Of a stretch of DNA of 64,000 bases, positions 19,442 through 27,002 are shown piece after piece (position 1 is the stretch's first letter; each line of letters starts with the position of its first letter). The translations under genes were made by a program, and so were the position numbers. Origin of the DNA: Hyphomicrobium sp. (GTDB lineage Bacteria > Pseudomonadota > Alphaproteobacteria > Rhizobiales > Hyphomicrobiaceae); contig NZ_DASZTY010000037.1 of the NCBI RefSeq assembly GCF_035548195.1, positions 13,775 to 77,774 of the forward strand. The letters are read 5' to 3'. A model generated the notes under the pieces. That model had not been told where the DNA came from. It saw only the letters and a program-made list of their open reading frames with translations, and did no database searches.

Positions 19442-20182
19442 TTAATTCGCAGCTGCCGGTCGCCACCCGGCTGCGAGGGCATCGGCTTCCGAGCAAAACC
19501 AGCGTTCGCCGCGCGCTTCGTCGATCTTCACGCGGTCATACCAGGGACTCCACGGCATGTGGTAGATGTGACCGTGCGAGGAAATATTGCCTTTGATCAC
19601 GCAGCCTGGCGTCGCTGTCGTGCGGGCAAGCTGCCATTTGTTATGCCGGAAATCCCAAGGCGCTTCTGCCGGCCCTTGCCAGACGCCGACCTTTCGGGCG
19701 CGCGCGTCGGCTTCCACCGTCACGTATTCGCGCGAATATCTCACGAACGCCCATGCCATACCTGCACGCACCATCGCTTCGTTGACGCTGGTGCCATCCT
19801 CGAAGCAGTTGGCGAGAACGCGGCGGTATCTGTCGGTTCCGGTACGGTCGCAGGCGATATCCCGCTGCTGCACCAGGCTTCTGAGGAATGCCGCCGATAC
19901 CTTGCCGCATGCCCACGTTTTGCCTGTGGCCGTCTCGCAGGTTTGCGCCATCTCCGGCGCGTCGATGCCTTCCAGCCGAATTCGAGTTGCTCCAACATCG
20001 AGCGTATCGCCATCTACGACCCGGCCAGACCCTTCGATGATTGCGGGTTGGTCTCTTTCCGGCCCGGTCACAGCGAAGGCGATGGCGGGCAGTTGCGAGA
20101 ATATGGCCAAGGCAAAAAACGCACCGGCCTTGCGGCCGATGCGGCTGAGTTTGGCGGACAGGACGAACGCCACAGGTTTCAT
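19442..20182 (-). CDS. thermonuclease (SNase) family protein, ExoI-like, with Cys-containing C-terminal module
   Basis: 246 aa with an N-terminal hydrophobic signal/anchor. SNase core: VVDGDTLDVGATRIRLEGIDAPE ... DRYRRVLANC ... NEAMVRAGMAWAF. C-terminal CVIKGNISSHGHIYHMPWSPWYDRVKIDEARGERWFCSEADALAAGWR. Confidence 0.85.
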   Translation of the reverse strand: MKPVAFVLSAKLSRIGRKAGAFFALAIFSQLPAIAFAVTGPERDQPAIIEGSGRVVDGDTLDVGATRIRLEGIDAPEMAQTCETATGKTWACGKVSAAFLRSLVQQRDIACDRTGTDRYRRVLANCFEDGTSVNEAMVRAGMAWAFVRYSREYVTVEADARARKVGVWQGPAEAPWDFRHNKWQLARTTATPGCVIKGNISSHGHIYHMPWSPWYDRVKIDEARGERWFCSEADALAAGWRPAAAN

Positions 20183-20304
20183 GAGTCACGACGCTCGGTG
20201 ACTCGTGTGTCACAACCTGGGCAGAGTCGTGGTCTTGTCGTGCAACTTATTATTGCGACTGCAACCGCCAATTATCCGTCAATCGTGCGGAACGCCCCAA
20301 GCGA

Positions 20305-21075
20305 TCACGGCGTCGTCGAGAGACCGATCGCCGAGTCCAAATCGCGTGCCGTTTGCAGATTGGCGCTCGAAAGCGCCGCACCTGTCATATCCACGCCGTC
20401 GAGAATCGCACCCGAGAAATTTGCGCCTCCAAGCCGGGCTCCGCGCAAATTGGCATGAGTCAGATCGGCGTCGGTAAAGTTGGCGTTCTCCAAACTGTTG
20501 CGGCTGAGGTTTGCGCCGACGAGCTTAGCCCCGCCGAAATTCGCGGCGGCGAGGCTCATCATCGGCGTGATGAGCACCTCCTCGCGCGGGTCGCGCGGAC
20601 CGAAGACGGCCGACGAAAGATCAGCGCGACTGAAGTTCACGCCGTCGAACCTGCCGTTCAAATTGGCTCCGACCAGCCGGGCTCCGGCGAACGAAAGGCC
20701 AGAACGCGTGGTCGGCTTCATATCCTCGAAGACATTCGGCCGGAGCAAGCTCGCGCCCGAGAGATCGGCTCCCGACAAATTCGTTCCAATTAACGTCGCC
20801 CGATCGAGCCGCGCTGCTTTCAGGCTCGCGCCGGAAAGATTTGCACCCGTCAAGTCGGTGCCATAGAAATTCACCCCGTTGAGTTTGGCCTTTTTGAAGT
20901 CCAGCCCGCTGAGATCGAGGCCCGACAGGTCTTTGTTCGAGAGGTTGGGCGTGCTACCTGCGGGAGATGTGAAAAGCAATCGAGTCACCTGACGGGCGGT
21001 CATATCCGCCGCGTGCGCCTGCGAGAGCGTCGCCGTCCCACAGCCGACCATGACCAAAAGTGCCGTTTTCCACAT
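20305..21075 (-). CDS. pentapeptide repeat-containing protein, predicted exported
   Basis: Start refined to MWKTALLVMVGCGTATLSQAHA (signal peptide). The body is tandem A(D/N)LSG-type pentapeptides (NLSGADLSGASL, ANLSRNSLENANFTDADLTHANLRGARLGGANFSG). Confidence 0.85.
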   Translation of the reverse strand: MWKTALLVMVGCGTATLSQAHAADMTARQVTRLLFTSPAGSTPNLSNKDLSGLDLSGLDFKKAKLNGVNFYGTDLTGANLSGASLKAARLDRATLIGTNLSGADLSGASLLRPNVFEDMKPTTRSGLSFAGARLVGANLNGRFDGVNFSRADLSSAVFGPRDPREEVLITPMMSLAAANFGGAKLVGANLSRNSLENANFTDADLTHANLRGARLGGANFSGAILDGVDMTGAALSSANLQTARDLDSAIGLSTTP

Positions 21076-21186
21076 GCCCGATACCCGTTTTCCGCGGCGA
21101 CAAAGCATCGCTGACCTCGCCGATGGATCATATAATGGCCTGATGTTCGACATACCAGCGAGCGATCACGCCTTCTGAGGAATTGG

Positions 21187-23493
21187 ATGGGACCTCAAAA
21201 CCCTGCGCCACCGCCGCCCTTCCCGACACCTCGGGCAAACTACGTGCGCGCTCCGCTGGGGTCGGGGCCGCGCCGGAAACCGCCGCCTCCACCGCGGCGC
21301 AATGCTCTGCTGCTCGCCGTCGTCTATTTTTTTCTTGGCGTGCTGCTGCTCGGCGGAGCTGCCGCCGGATATCTCATCGTCAATCCGCCAAGCGATTTTA
21401 TACGGCAGAAGCTTGCCGATGAAGTCCGCGCCAAGACCGGTCGCGAGCTTCTCATGGCCGGGCCTGCATCCTTCACGTTCTATCCCGAGATCGGCGTTTC
21501 GTTGCACGACGTTTCGCTCTCGGGACCACCCGGCATGGACGGAAAGCTCGTCCAGATGCAGGCGTTGGATGTCAGCATAAAGCCGTCCAGTCTTTGGTCC
21601 CGGCGCGTTCAGATACATTCGCTGATTCTCCGGAACCCGACGTTCGACTTTCGCATCGACAAGGCGGGCCGCAACAACTGGCAATTTGCGTCTCGCACGG
21701 CTCCGCTCCGTTATGCCGAATTGCAAACGCCCGGGATACGCAGCGACGCCATCGAAGTCGCGGCGGCGGAAGCAGCGCCTTCCGCGTCCAAGGTTCGTTC
21801 GATCGGTGACATCAAGTTTGATGACGTGAGGCTCGAGAACGGAACTTTCCGCTTCATGGACGAGCGCACGGGCAAGGGCCAGGAAATAAAAAACGTCAAT
21901 GCCAAGCTTGGCCTCTCATCGCTCGATGACCCCCTCGTTGCGACCGGAAATTTCGCGTGGCACGGCAAACGCGTCGATTTCGACGGCCATGTCACCGACG
22001 TTGCCAACATCAACGCACGAAGGCCGATGCGCCTTGCGTTCAATGCGAAGTCCGATGTTCTCGCTGCATCCTACGATGGCGGCTTGATGATTGACGACGG
22101 CGTCTATCTAGCGGGCAAGGTTTCGGCACGATCGGCTTCGACACGAGCGTTGGCCGAATGGTTCGGGACCCACCTTCCCCCGGTTTCGGGATTTGGACCC
22201 CTGACGATACGGGGCACGCTTAAGACAGCTGACAACGTTACGGACTTCGACAACGCCGAGTTCGGCCTCGACGGGGCTACCGCGAAAGGGACGATCAAGG
22301 TCACGACGGGAGGCGTTCGCCCCTTCGTCGAGGCCAATCTCGCGATCTCCGAACTCGATCTCAACAAGTACCTGACAAGTGCGGTCACGGGCGTGATCGC
22401 GACCGAGGGTGGCGCGCAGGCCCAGCCGACACAGCAAGCGCCGATTGGCGGGGACGCCAAACCATCATCCCAACCGGACGAGATTCAAAAGCTGCTCAAC
22501 GGGCCGAAGACGAAGGTCTACGGTATTGAGCAGCGCGCCGGCTGGTCGAGCGAGAAATTGAATCTAACGCTGCTTGGCATCGCTGACGGCAACGCGACCA
22601 TCGACGTCGGCAAGATCCATTTCAAGACGATTACAATTGGGCACTCGACCGTTACCGTCGCGGTCAAAAATCACGTCATGCAAGCGAACTTCAATGATGT
22701 TGCGCTTTATGATGGACGCGGCAAGGGCGTCGTCACCGTCGATGGTTCTTCCGGCACGGCGAATATCGGCGCGAACATCGGGCTTCAAAACGTCTCCGCG
22801 CTGCCGTTCCTAAAAGACGCGGCGAATTTCTCATGGGTTTCGGGCAAGGCGAACGTCACCTTGCAACTGACGGCCAACGGGCAAAGCCAGCTTCAACTTG
22901 TCGAGGCGCTGAACGGCAAGGCGAACTTCTTCTTTGCAGACGGTGCGGTCGTCGGCTTCAATCTGCCAGGCGCTATCCGCGGGCTCTCCCGGGGAGATTT
23001 GTCGGGTCTTAGAACGTCGCCTACGGAGAAAACGGATTTCAGCGCGCTCGGCGCGACGTTTACGGTGACAAACGGTGTCGCGGAGAACCAGGATTTGCAG
23101 CTCGTCAGTCCGATGCTGCGCGTGACCGGCGCGGGCACGATCCACATGCCCGAGCGGACGGTCGACTATACGGTGAAGCCCAAACTTGTCGCTTCTCTGC
23201 AAGGCCAGCAAGGCGCAGCCAGCGCTTCGGGAATAGAGGTGCCGGTGCGAATCACGGGCAGCTGGGACCGTCCAAGCTATCATCCCGACCTCAAGGGCGT
23301 GCTTTCCGATCCTGGAAAAACTGTCGAAGCGATCAAGGAGATCGGGAAGAAGTTTAAAGGCAAGAACGGCGACGAAATCGTCGATAAGATTTTCGGCGGC
23401 AAGGACGACGGGGATGCTTCGGACTCGACGGCCCGCACCAAGCGCAAAGCGAAGGCGCTCCTGAACAAATTCTTCGGCAAGGACGACAACTGA
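21187..23493 (+). CDS. AsmA family outer-membrane biogenesis protein
   Basis: 768 aa with a Pro-rich cytoplasmic N-terminus and a single TM (LLLAVVYFFLGVLLLGGAAAGYL). Has the AsmA-type N-domain (RNPTFDFRIDKAGRNNW) and a C-terminal AsmA_2-like region (FADGAVVGFNLPGAIR). Confidence 0.85.
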   Translation: MGPQNPAPPPPFPTPRANYVRAPLGSGPRRKPPPPPRRNALLLAVVYFFLGVLLLGGAAAGYLIVNPPSDFIRQKLADEVRAKTGRELLMAGPASFTFYPEIGVSLHDVSLSGPPGMDGKLVQMQALDVSIKPSSLWSRRVQIHSLILRNPTFDFRIDKAGRNNWQFASRTAPLRYAELQTPGIRSDAIEVAAAEAAPSASKVRSIGDIKFDDVRLENGTFRFMDERTGKGQEIKNVNAKLGLSSLDDPLVATGNFAWHGKRVDFDGHVTDVANINARRPMRLAFNAKSDVLAASYDGGLMIDDGVYLAGKVSARSASTRALAEWFGTHLPPVSGFGPLTIRGTLKTADNVTDFDNAEFGLDGATAKGTIKVTTGGVRPFVEANLAISELDLNKYLTSAVTGVIATEGGAQAQPTQQAPIGGDAKPSSQPDEIQKLLNGPKTKVYGIEQRAGWSSEKLNLTLLGIADGNATIDVGKIHFKTITIGHSTVTVAVKNHVMQANFNDVALYDGRGKGVVTVDGSSGTANIGANIGLQNVSALPFLKDAANFSWVSGKANVTLQLTANGQSQLQLVEALNGKANFFFADGAVVGFNLPGAIRGLSRGDLSGLRTSPTEKTDFSALGATFTVTNGVAENQDLQLVSPMLRVTGAGTIHMPERTVDYTVKPKLVASLQGQQGAASASGIEVPVRITGSWDRPSYHPDLKGVLSDPGKTVEAIKEIGKKFKGKNGDEIVDKIFGGKDDGDASDSTARTKRKAKALLNKFFGKDDN

Positions 23494-23764
23494 GGCACGC
23501 GGTGCGACAGACTTGCGGTCACGCTGCGCTGGACGGCGCGCCGATGCGCGTGGATGACGCGCGAAAAACACTTCCGTTAAGCCAACGTGAAACCGCCGCC
23601 AAAAAAAATTCCGCGAGGGGCAAAAAAAATCTTGCGTAGGGGGGGCATAGGCCTCATATGCACCCTCTCTCGTCTGTCCACCTGCCAACATGGTCGAGGT
23701 ATTCCAGAACCAATGAGGTAAGGAGCGGGCGAGTCAAACCTATCTGCTGGTTGGGGAGGGTCAC

Positions 23765-24319
23765 ATGGCCTTTAATGACACCCTCTTCCAATTGGGGATG
23801 GACTTGACTCGTTCAAGCACCGCCCAAGAGGAAGATCACTCGCGCGCTGCGTTCAATACGGAAGTCAAGGACTCGCGGACGAGTCCGAATTCTGAACCTA
23901 GCGTACCTAGTGCAGGGACTACGATCTTTATCGATCTTCACGGCGCCAAGCGCCTCGACGACGTCAAGTCGGCCGAGCACGCGACAAAGCGCGCCGTCGA
24001 GAGCCTGGGCCTTAAGCTCAAGAGCCTCCATCTCGACCGCGTCGCCGGCGGCGGCGTGTCGGGTGTCGCGCTCTTGAACTCCGGGCACTTATCCTTGCAG
24101 GCATGCTCGCGGACCGGGTTCGCCGCCGTCGACGCGCGCGGATGCGCCGGTGTGAAGCCTGAACTGGCTTTGCTCGCTCTCGCCGATGCCTTTGGGGCAC
24201 GCGAAGCGGTCATCCGCCGCCGCAGGCCGATCTCGGACGTCGTGGTGCCGGCATTGCGCGTGATCGCGAAAGCGCCACGCAAGGCCCAGCGCCAGCGAGC
24301 CCAGGCGAAGGCGGCTTAA
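23765..24319 (+). CDS. S-adenosylmethionine decarboxylase (AdoMetDC/SpeH) fold family protein with non-canonical processing motif
   Basis: Residues about 52-150 align by eye to small prokaryotic AdoMetDC: GVSGVALLNSGHLSLQACSRTGFAAVDARGCAG versus the remembered [32 protein letters not shown]. A GGAGG Shine-Dalgarno lies 6 nt upstream. Has a basic C-terminal tail. Confidence 0.6.
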   Translation: MAFNDTLFQLGMDLTRSSTAQEEDHSRAAFNTEVKDSRTSPNSEPSVPSAGTTIFIDLHGAKRLDDVKSAEHATKRAVESLGLKLKSLHLDRVAGGGVSGVALLNSGHLSLQACSRTGFAAVDARGCAGVKPELALLALADAFGAREAVIRRRRPISDVVVPALRVIAKAPRKAQRQRAQAKAA

Positions 24320-24341
24320 GAAGAGAGTCTTAATCTTTTGT

Positions 24342-24377
24342 ATCGGGCGACTTCCCTTTGGGGAAGCGGCGCCCGAT
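24342..24377 (+). terminator. terminator hairpin downstream of the AdoMetDC-like gene
   Basis: ATCGGGCG...CGCCCGAT outer stem (8 bp) plus CTTCCC/GGGAAG inner stem around a TTTG loop. A T-rich stretch (GATCTTTTCTT) lies just downstream. A second hairpin, CCGCGATC/GGTCGCGG followed by CTTTTG, lies at about 24408-24437. Confidence 0.55.
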
Positions 24378-24470
24378 GCGCCGATCTTTTCTTCCAGCAA
24401 TAGGTTGCCGCGATCGGGATACCGGTCGCGGCTTTTGGGCTGGTCGGACGCCTAGCGCGGGCAGCCGATG

Positions 24471-24881
24471 TCAGGTTTCACGCGACAGAACCTGCTCGAG
24501 ATTGCCGAAGAACTTCTGCCACCCGAACTTGGCGCCCTGGTAAGCCTGCTGCTGATCGGGCCGGAAGCCGATCTGCTCCATCCGCAGACGTGTGCCTTCG
24601 CTTGTCGGCGTGAGGCTCCAGGTCACGACGCTTTCGAGGCCCATCGCTGCCCATGTGTAGGACAGCGTTTTGTTCGGCTCGACAGCCACGACCTGACAAT
24701 CGACGGCGCCCCAATCGCCGCGAAAATTGAAACGGTGGTCCACGGTCGGCTTGAAGTCGTTTTTCATCAGCCATTCTTCGATCAGATGCGGATGGGTGAG
24801 CGCACGCCAGACCTTTTCGGGCGGATACGCGAGGTCGCGCTCGACGACGACGGAAAGCGTTTCATTTGCAGGCGTGCTCAT
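24471..24881 (-). CDS. SRPBCC domain protein (Aha1/activator of Hsp90 ATPase homologue-like)
   Basis: 136 aa, VERDLAYPPEKVWRALTHPHLIEEWL... This is the typical partner of ArsR-family regulators. It overlaps the arsR-family gene stop by 4 nt. Confidence 0.85.
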   Translation of the reverse strand: MSTPANETLSVVVERDLAYPPEKVWRALTHPHLIEEWLMKNDFKPTVDHRFNFRGDWGAVDCQVVAVEPNKTLSYTWAAMGLESVVTWSLTPTSEGTRLRMEQIGFRPDQQQAYQGAKFGWQKFFGNLEQVLSRET

Positions 24882-25201
24882 TGATCCATCCTTTTCAGCA
24901 GGTCTTCAAGTTGATCGAACCGGCTTTCCCAGAATCGGGTCATCTGGTTGGTCCAGTCGATGAGCGGAGAAAGGGCGCCGATGTGCACCGCGTAGTGCGT
25001 CTGGCGGCCTTCATGACGATCGCGCACCAGACCGGCCTCTCTCAAAATTCCGAGATGTTTGGAGACGGCCGGCTGAGAGATTTTCGCGCGCGCGGTCAGC
25101 GCACCGACGGTCTGCTCCCCTTCGCGGCAAAGCCGCTCGAAAAGCGCGCGTCTCGTCGGATCGGAAAGCGCTTTGAACAGAATATCGTTTGTGCTCGGCA
25201 T
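24878..25201 (-). CDS. ArsR/SmtB family transcriptional regulator
   Basis: 107 aa, FKALSDPTRRALFERLCREGEQTVGALTARAKISQPAVSKHLGILREAGLV (winged HTH). Confidence 0.9.
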   Translation of the reverse strand: MPSTNDILFKALSDPTRRALFERLCREGEQTVGALTARAKISQPAVSKHLGILREAGLVRDRHEGRQTHYAVHIGALSPLIDWTNQMTRFWESRFDQLEDLLKRMDQ

Positions 25202-25209
25202 CTTGATTT

Positions 25210-25252
25210 ATAACTCTCTGGTTATGGATTAAAGCAATAACCAAATAGTTAT
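25210..25252. promoter_or_regulatory. two tandem ATAAC-N6-GTTAT inverted repeats, candidate ArsR-family operators
   Basis: ATAACTCTCTGGTTAT (25210-25225) and ATAACCAAATAGTTAT (25237-25252), with starts 27 bp apart, lie in the AT-rich 76-bp gap just upstream of the arsR-family start codon (25201). Confidence 0.5.
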
Positions 25253-25277
25253 GCATTAGTCAACCCGAGATCCGAGA

Positions 25278-26726
25278 TTAAAGTGGTTCCTCGCTCAGCC
25301 GCGCAGCGTCCTTGGCAGGCTCGGCCGCCTTCATGGCGTCGGTCGGCAGAAGCGACGCTCCGGCCGAACTAGAAAGTTGCATAAACCAGAGCATGGACGA
25401 CGCAGAGATCACCGCAATCAGAATAAACACAGGCGGAAAGTGCCCGGCATCGATGGCGTTGCCGCCCCAAGCTTTCTGCACGAGTTCGAGTCCGATGGCG
25501 GCGACGGTCACTCCGACCGACCCCGAAAGGTTCTGGCAGACGGCGGCGAAGCTCGTCGCGCGGCTCAAAAGCTCGGGCGGCACATCAGCATAGGCGAGCG
25601 TGTTGAGGCTCGTGAACTGCAGCGAACGCGACAGACCTCCGGCAAGGAACAGCAAGATGATGAGAAGTGCCGGCGTGTCGATCGTGAAGACGGCGGGCAA
25701 CAGAGCAAACAAGCTCGATACAATGGCGTTCGCGAGCAGAACACGCCGGAACCCGTAACGGCGCAGGATTGTTGCGACCTGCGTTTTCATCACCATGGCG
25801 CCGATGCCCGTGGCGAATGTCAGCATTCCCGATTGAAACGCCGTCATGCCAAAGCCCGCCTGAAACAGCAGCGGCAGCAGGAAAGGTCCGGCGCCGAGGC
25901 CGATGCGGAACAGAAAGCCGCCGAGCACGCCGACGCGGTAGGTCTGGATCGAGAGCAGCTTCAGATCGATGAGCGGTTCGGGAACGCGCATCGCGTGCCA
26001 AATGTAGGCGACCAGCAGCACGGCTCCGATCAACGTGACAATCGCAACTGTCTCGGGAGTCGCAAGCCCTATTCCCATTAGGGTCACGCCGGTGAGGAAC
26101 AGCGACAGTCCCGGTCCGATCAAAAGGAAGCCGCGAAGGTCGAAACCCGCGGGCGTTTCTTCGCGCACATCCGGGATAAAGCGGGTAATCAGCGCAAGGC
26201 CGAGCAGCGCGACGGGAATATTAATCCAGAAGATCCAGCGCCACGTGAAGTATGTCGTGATGAAGCCGCCAAGCGGAGGTCCGACGACGGGGCCGACGAG
26301 CGCGGGAATGGACAGCCAGGCAATCGCGCCGATGATCTCAGCTCTCGGTACGGTGCGAAGCACAATCAGGCGGCCAACGGGCGTCATCATCGCGCCGCCC
26401 ATGCCTTGAAGCACGCGCGCCGCCACAAGGGTTACCAGGCTTGTCGAGAGGGCGCAGGCAATCGAGCCTGCAGCAAACACAACCATCGCCGCGCGGAAAA
26501 CGTTCTTGGCGCCAAACCGGTCCGCCATCCAGCCGGACGCCGGAATGAAAACCGCAAGCGCGAGCAAATACGTCGTGAGCGCCAGCTTGAGGTTAATGGG
26601 ATTGACGTGGAGGTCGCGCGCAATCGCAGGCAACGACGTTGCGAGCACCGTCGCGTCCATATTTTCCATGAACAGCGCCGTGGCGACGATGAGCGGGATC
26701 AGGTTGCGGCGCAGCAGTTCGGTCAT
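25278..26726 (-). CDS. MFS transporter, DHA2 (EmrB/QacA-like, 14-TM) family
   Basis: Start refined to MTELLRRNLIPLIVATALFMENMDATVLATSLPAIARDL. Motif GWMADRFGAKNVF. Long polytopic ORF. Confidence 0.85.
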   Translation of the reverse strand: MTELLRRNLIPLIVATALFMENMDATVLATSLPAIARDLHVNPINLKLALTTYLLALAVFIPASGWMADRFGAKNVFRAAMVVFAAGSIACALSTSLVTLVAARVLQGMGGAMMTPVGRLIVLRTVPRAEIIGAIAWLSIPALVGPVVGPPLGGFITTYFTWRWIFWINIPVALLGLALITRFIPDVREETPAGFDLRGFLLIGPGLSLFLTGVTLMGIGLATPETVAIVTLIGAVLLVAYIWHAMRVPEPLIDLKLLSIQTYRVGVLGGFLFRIGLGAGPFLLPLLFQAGFGMTAFQSGMLTFATGIGAMVMKTQVATILRRYGFRRVLLANAIVSSLFALLPAVFTIDTPALLIILLFLAGGLSRSLQFTSLNTLAYADVPPELLSRATSFAAVCQNLSGSVGVTVAAIGLELVQKAWGGNAIDAGHFPPVFILIAVISASSMLWFMQLSSSAGASLLPTDAMKAAEPAKDAARLSEEPL

Positions 26727-27002
26727 CGGCGGCTGTCTATCATGGGTTGAGAACGCGCCCCGACCGGCATTCCGACGCGCGCGCTTGAGCACAAGAGGTG
26801 CGGCAAATGCCCCTGGGACGACCACGGATAGTCCGAGGTTACCCTCTTGAGTGGGGCAACCACACTAGAGCTACGCTATTGCGCTAAGGTCGACTGACCG
26901 GCAACGTGTCCACGATCGAACAAAGCAACAACCCCCCGATTTCACTGGACGGTGACTGTTCCGCTGAAGTCGAGCGCGGGACCATTCGGGGAAGCGCAAC
27001 CA

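Noticed and set aside
23690-23716. 8-codon upstream ORF (MVEVFQNQ) in the AdoMetDC-like leader, tempting by analogy with uORF control of eukaryotic AdoMetDC and bacterial speFL
   Set aside because: It has no ribosome-binding site, and ORFs this short arise by chance. It is noted only inside the leader finding.
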